Positions 1 through 14,182 of a stretch of DNA of 64,000 nt are shown here, in pieces; position 1 is the stretch's first letter, and each line of letters opens with the position of its first letter. The notes under the pieces are model-generated. The model was not told where the DNA came from and searched no databases. It was given only the letters and a program-made list of their open reading frames with translations. The DNA is from the human T2T-CHM13v2.0 reference genome, Homo sapiens: assembly GCF_009914755.1 (NCBI RefSeq), contig NC_060931.1; one strand, 5' to 3'. Made by a program: the position numbers and the translations under genes.

Positions 1-1607
1 AATTGAACAGAGGTGCCATTATTAAAGCAATCTGATAAAAAGCTGCAGTTGTGAGGTACACTGAAGAATATATTTGGTTTCTTCAGGGAATCAAAAGCAT
101 TTCACATTTAAGTTATTTTCTGGAAACTTTTATGTGAATATACTACATTTTATCATGCAGAAATACTGTGTATCTTTTCTTTCTTTTGTAAAAGAGAGCA
201 AACAGGATGGATATATCAATGAGTTACTACTAAGGTTTCAGTTTTTCTCATATGACAGACCCCCTGTAGGAAGAGGAATGGTGTTTCCATCAAAATTTGA
301 TTATTTTTATATTAATATTTTTATTAATTTTTTTCAAATTTATATATATCTATTTAAATCTTAAGATAATTTTGCAAATAGCCACACACACAATTTTTCT
401 AAATTTGATGAGTCTTCCATTTCACATAATTACAGGAAATTTTCTCTTCATGTGATTCCTATCTGCAAGAATTCCATTTACTGGAATCGATTTAAATAAT
501 ACCAGTCTTCCAACAACAGTTAAATTTCAATCCACAGCGTACTAACCATAATTGCATAAATTACAAACTTTGCTGCTAGGCCTTCAGTCCACAATTCACT
601 ACATAAAGAGGAGACATACGTCATGATCAGTAACCAATCATGTCACTTCTTTCAAAGTCTCCAGTGATTGGTCACTGCGCATGTATAATTTGTATAATTC
701 AGTTTATGCAGAGACAGGGACTTCATTCCCCTGTGTTCTGACCAGTTGGAGCTCCCAAAATGCCTGTGGCTACAGTTTGCTCACAGTGGTCACAAGTCTA
801 TTGAAACATGAATCTTATTAATAGGTTTTTGTTTCTCCAGATTAAAGTCACAATTACCAAAGATTTAAATAAATGTTTTGTATATGTGAAAACTCTTTAA
901 TGGCCTCATTTGCAAGTTGTTTTATGCGTATGATAGCTAGAATCTGCTCTCGACCAGTAGAAGGTAGTAGCATTTGCCAGAAATTTTGTAATGGTTCACA
1001 GACAATTCTATGCAAACAAGGTAATATTTCCTATGTTTTTATGTATAAATTATTTAGGAAAGGGGAAAATACATCATGATAATTTTTGAAAGAAAAAAGC
1101 CTTTAAAATTTTTCTGTTTCTCTTTTTCTAATTTCTAATACAGTTTATTTTGAGTGAAAAGGAGGAAAGGGAACTTAATTTGTGAAGCAACTGTTTCATT
1201 TTGTCAGTCCTCTGGGCTAAAAATATATAGAATGATTTGAAAGAACATGAAAAACTGTCATCTGGAACAGTTCCTAAAGTGAATGTGCAGTCACACCTTT
1301 ACTATTCTCTGATTATGCTGTGATTCTGGAAAATAAACAAGGTGTGCATTTCTCATTGAAATATGTCTTGGAATCTTCTCCAAATTAATACCTGCATGTT
1401 ATATGATGCATATCCATATGTGTACCTATAGCTGTTTATGTGCAAATGATAACTACTTTAACCAAACAATTTCCGCCATTTTCTTAATATTTCCATTGGG
1501 TAATCACCTTATTTAGGAAAATGCTGAGTCATAATGATAAATATAAAGCCACTAATTTGGATCTGTTTCTTTTCTCTAAGCAATATGTTCAATGAGAAAA
1601 ACATGTA

Positions 1608-1963
1608 AAGATGCTCCTCGATTTACAATGGAGTCACAACTCAATAAACCCATTGTATGTTGAAAGCAATGTAAGTTGAAAATGCGTTTAATACCTAGCA
1701 TGCATCACAGCTTAGCCAAGCTTACTGTAAACATGCTCAGAACACTTACATTAGTCTACAGTTGAGCAAAATTATCTAACACAAGTTCTATTATATAATA
1801 AAGCATTGAGTAGCTCAGGTAATTCATTGAACACTGTACTAAAAGTAAAACGCAGAGTTGTATGGGCACTCAAAGTATGATTCTACTCAATACTCATTTG
1901 CTTTTGCACCATCATAAAGCTGAAAATTTGTAAGGCAAATAATCGTAAGTCAGGGAGGGTTTG
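1608..1963 (+). mobile_element. MER47A-like TcMar-Tigger MITE
   Basis: Starts (c)AGATGCTCCTCGATTTACAATGG and ends CGTAAGTCAGGGAGGGTTTG; internal GCTCAGAACACTTACATTAG..CAGTTG matches the remembered MER47A consensus; TA on both flanks. Confidence 0.8.
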
Positions 1964-3311
1964 TAGTTTCCTTTTTAACAAAATGGCAGAGGATTCTTTA
2001 TGTGTTTCCAATGTTTCTTTACTGAATGTTAGAGCCAGGTTCGTAATTCTACCCATACTACCAACCCCGAAACTCTCCTCCCCCTTTTGCATTCACTCTC
2101 ATCTCAAATCTCTATGTCTTGCAATGGTCAAGTTGGCATGAATTAAATTGTTTAACCTGTAAATTCAACAGTGTTCAGAGATGTATAAAATGGGCAAATT
2201 CAGTGACTACTTTGAACAATGGAAACATGGCTTTTCAATGGTAACGACTTGGATTGGATTCAAATCAGGCCCCTAAAAATTTAAGGTCCTAAAACCCATT
2301 ACGAATGTTCTGAGACATCCAATGATGCACAAGGGTCCTTCTAGAACTGCTAGCTTTAAAATGTGTAAAATTGGTCAGAGATGACAGTCTAACTAGCAAA
2401 CAAGGAATGTGTCTTTCAGGTTCCTGGAAATAATGGGCACATTTATGTTTTTCATCTCTAGTTACTGTCATCTCTGCAGTCTTACGTAGTCTTCTACACT
2501 TCCTTTTGTCTTGTAAAAATGCTTTTCTGTTAGAGTTTATGCTTTCATACAATAAACATTTACATAGAGACCTGTCACAGTGGTGAGCATGTAAAATGCA
2601 TTTAGGAAATGCCGTTTGATGTTGTATTTGAATTGACATTTTCCCTACATAAAAACCTTTAAAACTTATACCAGTAAAGGCCAACTTTTTAAAAGGTAGT
2701 CTCCTTTTATGCATACTAAGAGTTATCCTGTTGGAAACTGCATAAGCATCTAATCAGTGCTTGCTAATTGTGGGTGCTTTCAGCCAGAGCATGAAATTGG
2801 GCACACAATTAGCAAACTGAAGAAATGTTTAATTGCAAGTGCAATTTTAACCTATTGTCAAGAGGGAAAATAGAAAGGATGAAAATGACCATTTTGATTG
2901 TGGTTAACAAAGAATTAAAATAGATAAAGAGTTTGGACCCTTGAGGAGCAAATCTCAGTTCCAATATTTATTTGTCTAACTTTGGACAATCCCTTGATCA
3001 CTGTAAGCATCAGTTTTTGTTGTTTTTTCATGTGTAAATGGGGATCATAATGTTTTAATTGCAAAGTTTCTGTAGCTATCTGAGATAGAAGCTTGAAACC
3101 ACCTAACATGGTGTAAATTATGTATGTGATAGCCACTCAGGAAGTGATTGCTATTATGACTATTATTTTGAATATTAATACTACTGATGCTACAATAAAG
3201 CAAACCAAAATGTCATCCATTTTTTCCCTGCAGTTCGTCAGCCACCATGGTATGAAACTGCCATGAAATACACTATCCATTATGCTCTTAAGTATTCCTT
3301 ACCTTGAACTA

Positions 3312-3500
3312 TAGTATACGGTAAAAGGGCACTGGACTTGAGATGAAGGAAGTGAGTTTTAATTCTGATTGTGTCATTTACTTGAGTAATCTTGAAGAAA
3401 TCACTTGATATCTCTGAAATTCAGGCTTGTTAGCTATAAAATGGAGACGATACCTACTTCAAAAGATCCAAGAGAGAATAGTAACAAAGATAGCATTGTG
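3312..3500 (+). mobile_element. MIR SINE fragment
   Basis: Degenerate MIR core: AAAAGGGCACTGGACTTG...TCACTTGATATCTCTG...ATAAAATGGAGA; boundaries approximate. Confidence 0.65.
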
Positions 3501-4061
3501 CTTGACATATTAGCTGTGTAATAATCTTCCATTAAGTTTAATAAAATGGCTCTGCATATAGTGAGTGCTTCTAGAAATTTATGCTAAGAATTAAGTTTAT
3601 TTTCACTTTCATGTATTTTCTTATGCTGATGTTATGAATTAGATGTCTTATTTTTTGACATTATGTACCAAAAAAAAATCTGCAAGCAGAAACAAATAAT
3701 TTATTCAATCAAAATTTTATAACTCCATTAACTTTGTTTCTTCTTACTCTCTATATGTGTTTTGAGGTTTTTTCTTTGATTTTCTTATTGTACATGTGTT
3801 GTTATTATTGAAAATTTTTGAGACATTAATAGTAAAATAAGCTAGGCTCCAGGATACTTAGAATAGGGAAAAATATTATAAGATATAAGTTTAATTCTTA
3901 TTCTGCCAGAATATTATACCTTGACAAGTAATCTCCCCTCCCTGGGTTCTGTTTCCTCATCTATTAAATTGCAATGTTACTGACATTAGTATTTTTATCA
4001 GTGCCAAATGAAATACTGAGCAACAAAGTATATTTTAAGATTGAAAAGCAGTGTAATTATT

Positions 4062-4311
4062 GATTTTTATTTTAAGTTCTGGGGTACATGTACAGGATGT
4101 GCAGGTTTGTTGCGTATGTAAACGTGTGCCATGGTGGTTTGTAGCACCTATCAACCCAACACCTAGGTATTAAGCATAGCATGCATTAGCTATTTTTCCT
4201 AATGCTCTCCCTCCCCATGACCCCATCCCCCGACCAGCCCCAGTGTGTGTTGTTCCCCTCCCTGTGCCCATGCGTTTTCATTGTTCAGCTCCTACTTTTA
4301 AGTGAGAACAA
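4062..4311 (-). mobile_element. 5'-truncated L1PA (L1PA8-10-like) 3' end
   Basis: L1PA 3'UTR in reverse (GGTACATGTACAGGATGTGCAGGTTTG...AAGTGAGAACA); perfect 18-bp TSD AAAAGCAGTGTAATTATT at 4044-4061 and 4312-4329. Confidence 0.93.
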
Positions 4312-5753
4312 AAAAGCAGTGTAATTATTTTAAAATTCCAGATTAAAAAAAATCATTTCACATAAAGTATGAATATTTGCTTCCTGGTTTTATGAAGCTA
4401 AAAATAATATTTTTGTTCAGAGAAAAATCATACATTGTTTAAGAATATAATTGGAAAATAAGAAAGGTAAGTGATGAACTGAGAGAAGCAAGGAATATAA
4501 TTAAAACTCAGCATCTAGAGAGCTAAGGAAGAGAGCTGCTGTTGTAAAGAATAGACAAAGGGCTAAATAGAAAATAATTTGGGGTTATGTGTAAACAATA
4601 CTTTTCATTTTGTGAAAGGTGTAAGTTCCATTTATAGATTTACACTTTTCCACGTGGATATCCACTTGTTCCAGCATCATTTGTTGAAAAGACTACTTTT
4701 TCCATTGACTTGCCTTTGCTCCTTTGTCAAAGAACTATTGATTATATTTGTGTGGGTCTGTTTCTGGACTGTCTATTCTGTTACATTGATGTATTTGCCT
4801 ATTCTTTCAATGATGCTACCCAGTCTTGATCACTATGGCCTAATATAAGGTCTTGAAATTGGGTAGGGTAGGTCCTCTTTCTCATCCTTCAGTATTGTTT
4901 GGCCATGCTGGGTCTTTTGCCTTTCCAGATAAACTTTAGAATCAGTGTGTCAATATTTACAAAATAATTTACTGGAATTTTCGTTGAGATTGCATTCAGT
5001 CTATAGATTAATTTGGGAAGAATTCAGGTTTTAACAATATTGAGTCTTTCTATTCATGATCATATCTTTACATTTATTCAAATCATCTTTGATTTAATGT
5101 AGTTAACATTTTGCAACTTTTCTCATGTAGATCTTATACATATTTTGTCGGCCTTATATCTAAGTGTTTGATAATTTTTGTGCTAATGTGAATGATTTTA
5201 TATTTTTAATTTTAAATTCTGAGTGTTCATTGCTGGTATATAGGAAAACAACTTTTGCACATTAACCTTGAATCCTACAACATTACTATAATTAGTTAAT
5301 TGTTCCCGGAACTTCTTTGTTGATTCTTTGGAATTTTCTACATAGGTAATCATGACATTTGCATACTAAGGTAGTTTTAATTCTTTCTCCCCAGCCTGTA
5401 TAAATTGATTTCCTTTTCTAATTGCATAAGCTAGTACTTTCATGACAATGTTGAATAGGAGTGGTGAGACCAGACACCCTTGTCTTGTTCTCTCTCTTAG
5501 GGGGAAAGCATCCAGTTTCACACTGTTTGCTATGATATTAACTACAAAAACTACGTTTTTGTAGATATCTATTATCAAGTAGAAGTTGTTCCCCTTTATG
5601 CCTAATTTGTTCAGAGTTTTTATGAGAAATGTGTGTTGGATTTTGTCAAATGCCTTTTCAGCATTATAGATATGATTGTATGATATTTCTTCCTTAGCCT
5701 ATTGTGATAAATTACATTGATTTTTAAATTACATTGATTTTTAAATTAATTAA

Positions 5754-6058
<305 letters not shown>

Positions 6059-6064
6059 AATTAA

Positions 6065-6180
6065 TGTTTAATTTACAAATAAGCATATATTTAGCATGTA
6101 CAACATGATGTTTTAAATATGCATATTTTGTTGAATGGCTAAATAGCTAATTAACATATATATTACCTCACATGGTTATT
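6065..6180 (-). mobile_element. L1MA 3'-end fragment
   Basis: GTACAACATGATGTTTT...AATGGCTAAAT...ATTACCTCACAT, the same motif series as the L1MA 3' end at 47580-47690. Confidence 0.75.
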
Positions 6181-7551
6181 TATCAGGTTTTGAATTTGAA
6201 CCAACCATTGTATCTGGAATAAAGCCCACTTAGTCATGGTGTATAATTCTTTTTATACATTGGATTTGATTTGCTAAAATTGTCTTGAAGATTTTTGCAT
6301 TTATGTTCATGAGAGATATTAGTAATTTTCATTTCTTAACAGATCTTAGTCTGGATGTGGTGTTGGAGTATTGCTGGCCTCCTAGAATGAGTTAGGAAGT
6401 ATTCCCTGTGTTTATATTTTCTGTAAAAGTTTGAAAAAAATTGACTTAAATTCTTCCTTGGGAGTTTGGTAGATTCACCAGTGGAAACATCTGGGACTGA
6501 TGCTTTCTCTTTTGAAAAGTAACTAATTGTCAATTAAATTTATTAAACCTATTCAGATTATTTATTTCTCCCTGTGTGCAATTTTTATATTGCGCCTTCT
6601 GTGGAATCAGTCCGTTTCATCTAGGTTATCAAATTTGTAAGCATGAAATTGTTTAAAATGCTTACGCCTAATTTCTTAATGTCTATGAAGTCAATGTTAA
6701 TTACTCTTTTTCATTTCTGATCTTAGTGATTTGTATGTTTTCTCTGTTTTCTGGTTAGCTTGGTTAGAGGATTAACAATTTTATTGAACTTTTCAAAGAA
6801 CACTAGCTTTTGGTTTCATTGATTTACTCTACTAATTTCCTGTTTTCAATTTCATTTCTTTCTGCCCTAATTTGTATTATAGATTTGCTTCTGCTTACTT
6901 CAGATTTATTTTGCTGTTATTTTTCTCACTTTCTAAAGCAGAAACTTTTATTTATTTTAGATCTTTCTTTTCTAATACATGCATTCAGTGCTACAAATTT
7001 CTCTCTCATCACTGGTTTTGTCGCATCCCACACATTTTGAAAAGTTGTATTTTAATTTTCACTTCAAACTATTTTTATTTTTTCTTCAGACTTCTTCTTT
7101 GACTCATGTAATCCTTAAAATTTATTGTATTCTGCAAATATTTTGGAATTTTCAGCTTCTTTTTATTTTTGACTTTGACTTTAATTTCATTCTGGCGTAA
7201 CAGTATACTTTAAATAACTTCAATAGTTTAAATTCATTAAGCTGTGTTTTGTGACCTAGAATGTGGTATATCCTGGTGAATGTGCCAGGTAGGCTTAAGA
7301 AGAATATATATTTTGTGTTGTCAGATGGTGTAATTAAAACCAGTTAATTGTTGGTGCTGTTCTGATTAACTATGTCTTATTTGGTGTGTGTTGACTCTGT
7401 CAATTGCTAATAGAGGGGTATCATAGTCTTCAACCATAATAGTGGGTTTACTTATTTCCCTTTGCAGTTATATCAGTTTTTATCTCATGTATTTTGACAC
7501 TCCATTAGGCACAGACACAATAAGGATTATTCTGTTTCATCAGAGAGTTAA

Positions 7552-7877
<326 letters not shown>

Positions 7878-10017
7878 TAAATGCCTCATAATTTTCCTTA
7901 CTCACAAGTCTGCTTTGTCTGAAATTTATATATTTACTCTAGATGTTTTTGGTTAATGTTAGCATTGCTGTATCTTTCTCCATCCCTTTATCTTAATTTA
8001 TATGTGTCTTTATATTTAAAGTGAATTTCTTGTAGCCAACCCATAGTAGGTTCTTGTTTTTAATCCACCGTGATAAGCTCTTTTGATTGGTATATTCAGA
8101 TCATTCACATTTAAAGTGATTAATGATATATTTATATTAATGCCTACCATAATTTATAACTGCTTTCTAGCCATTGTCCTTGTTTTTGTTTTTACATTTT
8201 GTTTTGTTTTACATACTTTCCTGCCTTCTTCAGTTTGAAGTGCGCATTTGATATTTTCTACTTTCTCTTATCTCTTTTTTACTTCTATTTTACCTGTTTT
8301 TAGAGATTACCTTAGCGTTTGCAATATACATTTGCAATATACATTTGCAATAATCCAAGTCCACTTTCAAATAACTCTACCTTACTTCACAGGCGTCACA
8401 GGTACATTAACGTATTCCCAATTCCCCCTATGTCATCACATGTAACATTGCTCATTCATTTCTCATTTATCTGTAAGCTAGAACCATCCAAAATATTGCT
8501 GCTATTATTAATTAGAACAAATTTTATGTTGTATCCTCTAAGAACCAAAAAAAATTATTTTACCTTCATTTATTTTTTCTTAAATACTCTTTCTTTATGT
8601 AGATCCAATTTTCTAATCTGAGTCATTTTTTTCTCTGAGTAATTTCTTTTAATATTTTTTAAAAGGGAGGCTTGCTACCGAAAATATTACTTCAAGTTTC
8701 ATTTTTCTGAGAAAGTCATTATTTCCCTTCAAAGAATTTCACTTGATACAGAGTTCTAGGCTGTACTTTTATTTGTTTTTATTTAAATATTTAAAATTTT
8801 ATACCACTCTCTTCTTGCTTACATGATTCTATACAGTGTTGGCTTCCTCCACCCCTTCTTGGCTTCTTTGAAGATTTTCTTCTTGTTTGATTTTCTGCAG
8901 TTGGAATATTATGCCAGGAAGGAGATTTTTAACTGTTTATCAGAGAGTTTGGCACTCTCTGAGTTTCCTAGAACTGTGATTTGTTGTCTGTCTTTGAATT
9001 CGAAAAAGCATCAGCATTATTTCTTGGGCTCTTCCTTCTGTTCCTTTCTCTCTCTCTTTCTCTCTCTCCTCCATATATTATTTGCGTTATGCACATTACA
9101 CATTTCATAACACTCATACATGTGTAGAATGTGCTCTTCCATATTTTTCATTTTTTTACTCTTTACATTGTAATTTAGAAAGTTCCTATTGACATATCTT
9201 CAAACACATTATTTCCTTGACTGTGTCCAGCCTACTAATGAACCCATCCAAAGCAGTCTTTATTTTTATCTTTTTTTTCTTTCTTTCTAGCACTTCTTTT
9301 CAATTCTTTCTTGGAGTTCTCATCTCTATGCCTGCATTACCTATGTATTCTTTCATGTTGTTTGTTTTTATCATTTGAGGTTTTAATATACTCATGATAG
9401 TTATTTTAAATTCCCAGTTCAATAATTGCAAAGTTTCTGCTGTATCTAAGTAGGTTATGATGTTTGTTTTGTCTCTTTAATCTGTGTTCTCTGACTTTAA
9501 CTTGCCTTGTAAAATATGATGCATGAGGGAAAATAAAACACATAGTGCCTTAGCCTGAGGTTTTATGTTAGTCTGCCCAGGATTTAAGCTGTGTCTACTA
9601 TTTGCTGTAGCTATATGTGACAGAGACTAAAATGTTTTTGTCTCCCCTGTTGTTATTGGGTTGCCACAGAGAACTTATCTTAAATAAGATCTGAGACATG
9701 AAGGCTTTTCACTTGTATTCCCTCATTATTATGCAGGAGTTCTGCTGATGTGGTGATAGGGTGTGAGGGAGGATAGGCATTCTACAGTCTCATAATTAGG
9801 TCTCAGTGTTTTAGTGAGCCTGGGCCCCTGGGTTGTGACCATCACAAGGGTTTCTCGGCTTTTTATCCACTTATGTGATACAAGAAGGCTAGAGGGAGCT
9901 GGGGTTAGGTATTTCTCTTCTTTAAGATTAATTCAGCTCTGGTAAAACCTCAGTCCATTGGGCTGTAGTAAACTAGTTTTCTTTGAGGGTAGGCCTTTGT
10001 TAAGAACAGGATTTCTA

Positions 10018-10318
10018 GGCTGGGCATGTTGACCCATGCCTGTAATCCCAGCACTTTGGGAGGCCGAGGTGGGAGGATCATCTGAAATCAGGAATTCGAG
10101 ACCAGCCTGGCCAACACAGCGAAACCCCGTCTCTACTAAAAATACAAAAATTAGCTGGGTGTGATGATACATATTTATAATTTCAGCTACTCGGAAGGCT
10201 GAGGCACGAGAATCTCTTGAACCTGGGAAGCGGAGGCTGCAGTGAGCAGAGATTGTGCCACTACACTCCAGCCTCAGTGACAGAGTGAGACTCTGTCTCA
10301 AGAAAAAAGAAAAAGAAG
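10018..10318 (+). mobile_element. AluS (Sx/Sz-like)
   Basis: GGCTGGGCATG...TGTAATCCCAGCACTTTGGGAGGCCGAGG...GACTCTGTCTC plus A-rich tail. Confidence 0.93.
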
Positions 10319-11049
10319 GAAATATTCAGGGGGTATTTCACAATCTGGGCTTTCCCCTTTCCCTGATAAAAGAACAAGGGGATTTTTCTCCCACCTTTAA
10401 CTGAAGAACTTGGTAGACCTCTTGGATATAAAATGAATAAGAGTGTAGCTCCTTCCAAGACTGGACCTCAAAGGGTTTTCATCCCTCAAACTAGTCAACA
10501 CCCGGTGTCCAGTCATTAGTCAATTATCCCTTCAGTTTTCTGGTTGTTGGATCTAGTGTTGACTTCTTTTGGTGTGCTGTGACTCATTCTGTGTGTTCAC
10601 CTGTCCTTCTGGTTTTCAAAGGGGGCAGTGGTTTGCCCTGTGATCCTGATTATCTGAAGGATCTAAGAAAAATTACTAATTTTCAGTTTAGTCAGCATTT
10701 TTCTTATTGTGAGGACCAGAGTGATGATTTCTAAACTCTTTAAAAGTCAGATAAGACTAATCTTGTTTTTTAAATTAAAAAAATAAGTATGTAGTAACTA
10801 GATAACTTCAGTAATCTGAAAGTCTGACCTTCAGGAAGCTCAATTATACCTAAAGGCATTGTACATGTATGTTTATAAAAACTACCTGTGACAATGAAAA
10901 AGTAGGCTCTAGGCAGTGAAAATATACTGTGTGGGGGCATTCAAAGGAAGTTATATCAGAATAAGAAATCAAAAATATTTGCATCTTTGTATTATTTTAC
11001 TATGTATTTGATTATGCCAGTATGTTTCTAGAGAAGAGAAGAGAAACAA

Positions 11050-11160
11050 TAAAATCCCAGTCATTGTTTATTTCAAAATGTCCTTAGTTAGCTCTGCGTG
11101 CAGGCAGGCCACCATAAATGTGCATCCACAAATCCAAGTCCACGGTCCAGGGGGAGTTTC
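11050..11160 (-). other. Candidate 3'-terminal exon of a minus-strand transcript
   Basis: Minus strand: acceptor TTTTGCATTGTGTTACAG|G at 11161/11160, GC-richer body, AATAAA at 11072-11067, then a U-rich downstream tract. Confidence 0.35.
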
Positions 11161-12560
11161 CTGTAACACAATGCAAAACTGAGATATAATCCATCAAATA
11201 CTGCAGACTCAATATATATTTGCAAGCCAACAAAGGATAAGAATCCCAAGGTCCTCTGAGTAAAAGTTGAAAGAGCACATAAAATTATGCTAGCCTTAGG
11301 AAAGAAATTGGAGAACAGGACAAATGTTTAGGTTCTATTTAATATTATTTGCCTGAATAATATGGAGTCAAGGCTCTGAAAAAAAAAAGTAGATCAAACA
11401 AGGATGATTTTTCCAAGTGATTTTATCACCATTTTTTCCTTTAGTAGAAAAAATAAATAAAACCAACTGCTTATCTGTTGGCGGGAAAGATATTTTTCAG
11501 TTAAACAATTGCACAAGGCCGATGTTCTGCTGGCCTGCTTCAGTAAGGCTCTAAACATTATTAAAATATTTCTTTTCAGCTTGTTGGTAAAGCCACTGCC
11601 CTTAGACCTCCAGATGCCCCTCATCATGAAACCCTTCCCGAGAGTCTTAGAGCACCTGGCCTTTGTGCAACACGGTGGATAGTATTTGCAGTAGCAGAGG
11701 TCCAGCAGAATCCTATTAGCATGTTTGTTCTGGGCCAATGCCCATACTCTACTGGTTGCTAAATATTTGGAATAGCATCCTTTAAATCATGAACAAAGCA
11801 AACTATGATGTCTGGTTGTATTTTAAAAATATATATTCTTCCAGTCTTTCAAAATTACTTTTTGATGTAACTTATAGACAGGGGTATTATTTAGAGTTTA
11901 ATACTTGATAGAGGAGATATCATCAATAATTTCAATCCTACAGGCATTTAAATACAAAGTTATATCATTCAATGTGATTGTTAAATTTTTGTATATACAC
12001 ACACACACACACATAGAATTGTATCTGAAGAATTAATAGTATGACATCTACTTTGACATCATCCTTGAAAATATATTATACTCTGATATTGAGAAATTTG
12101 CAGATTTTGAAGTAAGCCCTTCTCAAAATATTCTTACCAAGAAGTCTTTCAGCATAAAAGAGACAGTCTTTCATATTCAATCAATACACAATGCAATAAA
12201 CTTCTGTGGACAAAACATAGGCTATGCTTGTGATTCAATTAGAAAAGTAATATTTCTGTTGAATTTTGTGTCAAAACAAAAGGAAGTTACAACAATGAGG
12301 AAGGAGAGGGGTGTGCTTCGCTGGAGAGTGAAATAATTAATTTTGAAGACATGCAGCTATATTGTACTTTATTTGAAAGCAAGCAAATGCAAATCTTTTT
12401 CTTCATCATTGTGAGAAAAGAACAGATGTTTCTATTTGACATCAAATATTTTTTCCTGAAAGCAAGTCTTAGGGACAGCACTAAAGTTGGTATCCATTTA
12501 ATCCTACATCTATGTACTTAACTATAGCTGAAGCACTGTATAAAATAGGTGAACAGAAAT

Positions 12561-12768
12561 TAGAAAAAATTAAGTAGTTTTATTCTATTAAACGGGTATA
12601 GAATTGTGAAATTCTTTAGAAAAGCATTCTATAGAAAAAAATTAAGTATTCTATTAAAAGGGCAGAGAATTGTGAAATTATTTAGAAAAGCGTTCTATAG
12701 AAAAAATTAAGTATTTTTATTCTATTAAAAGGGCAGAGAATTGTGAAATACTTTAGAAAAGCATTCTA
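12561..12768. repeat. Minisatellite, about 71-bp unit x3
   Basis: Units 12561-12631, 12632-12697 and 12698-12768 (TAGAAAAAATTAAGTA...GAATTGTGAAAT..TTTAGAAAAGCATTCTA). Confidence 0.95.
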
Positions 12769-12796
12769 TCTAGAAATGTTTTTAAATACTCTGAGT

Positions 12797-13010
12797 CAGA
12801 GCTGTCTAATCGAACATTTTGTGATGGTGGAAATGGTCTGTGCCTGCATTGTTGAGTACAGTTGCCATTAGCCACATGTGGCCAGTGAGGACTAGAAATG
12901 TGGCCAATGTAAGATATAACCTGATTTTTTAAATTTCATTCATTTTTAATTATCTTAAATTGAGGTTTCAGTAGCCATGTGTGCCTAATATACTTTATTA
13001 GATGGCACAG
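12797..13010. mobile_element. MER3 (hAT-Charlie MITE)
   Basis: GCTGTCTAATCGAACATTTTGTGATGGTGGAAATG...TAGCCACATGTGGC...TAGCCATGTGTG; orientation not assigned. Confidence 0.8.
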
Positions 13011-13823
13011 CCCAAAATATTTAAACTTCAATTATCTGGAAACTCATTTAGGTGGAATGTCTCAATTCTGAATGATTATTAATAGTGGCATAATTTCTGT
13101 ATTTGTGTTTTTAATCAAAAATTAATGTTGTGTGCTTTCAGATGCTTGCTCTAACGACCTTTAACATGTTAAAGATCATATATAAACAATACTGAAAACT
13201 GCAAAATTAAGACAAGTTCATTTCCAACCAAATCATATATGCATTGACAACAATGGTAGCAAACATCAGGAAAGCTTTGTTGTTGATCTTATATGCATAT
13301 TGAGAGTTTCTCTTTTTACGTGAGACAAATCCCCAAGGGATCCTTAAAAACAAATATTTTTTTCTTCTCACAAAGCAAGTTATCCTTCCAATAAATTCTT
13401 AACCCATTAAAGTTACAAAAGAAAAAGCCAAGTCAGCAGATGTATCTATGCTTGTAAGGTATTCTTGACCTATTGTGTACTCACATTCAATCAACTAGTA
13501 GGAGCTTTGGTAACACTATTATTTTCAGCTCTACTGACAAATCAGTATCCTAAACTGAAATAAACCATGTGGTCTCAGCATGGTGAAATAGCTACAATAG
13601 CCATTTCTCTGGAGGGGTCTCTATGAGGGTTGGTCAAGTGTATGTCTCATGATATGACTTTTCTATTTGGTAATGTGTACGAAAAAATGCAGAAATCAAA
13701 CTGTGGAAAATATTTTTAGAGATAAATAACTCTGTCATGCTTAATGTTGAACAAAATCAAACATCAGAATATTAATTAGTCTCCAAACTCATTTTTTAAG
13801 TATTTTTTCTAGCATTTACTTTA

Positions 13824-14182
13824 TGTCTTAGTCTGTTTGGGCTGCTATAACAACATATCATAAACTGGGTGGCTTATAAACAACAAACGTGTTTCTCATG
13901 GTTCTGGAGGCCAGGAAGTCCAAGATCAAGGTTTAAGCAGATCTGGGGCCTGGTGAGGGCTTGTTCCCTATAAGAAGCAATTTCTTGCCATGTTCTCATG
14001 TGGTAGAAGAGGAAAACGAGCTCCCTCAGGTCTCTTTTATAAGGGCACTAATCCCATTCATGAAGGTTCCGTTCTCATGACCTGATCACCTCCCAAAGGT
14101 CCCACCTTTTAATAACATCACATTGGGGATTAGGCTTCAACCTGTGCATTCTGCAGGGGACACAAACTTTTGAACCATAGCA
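13824..14182 (-). mobile_element. MLT1A/MLT1A0 solo LTR (ERVL-MaLR)
   Basis: TGTCTTAGTCTGTTTGGGCTGCTATAACA...AAGTCCAAGATCAAGG...ACCATAGCA; 5-bp TSD CTTTA/CTTCA. Confidence 0.9.

Noticed and set aside
2289-2714. 141-aa minus-strand ORF in unique sequence
   Set aside because: No recognisable domain, no convincing splice or promoter context; a length attainable by chance in 64 kb x 6 frames
5708-5748. Small tandem duplications (17 bp here, 13 bp near 8318, 17 bp near 55850)
   Set aside because: Common slippage events with no further structure
9933-10301. 122-aa ORF and similar ORFs at 27659, 33210, 45778, 54424, 55901 and 58523
   Set aside because: Antisense Alu translations ([12 protein letters not shown].../[11 protein letters not shown]...)
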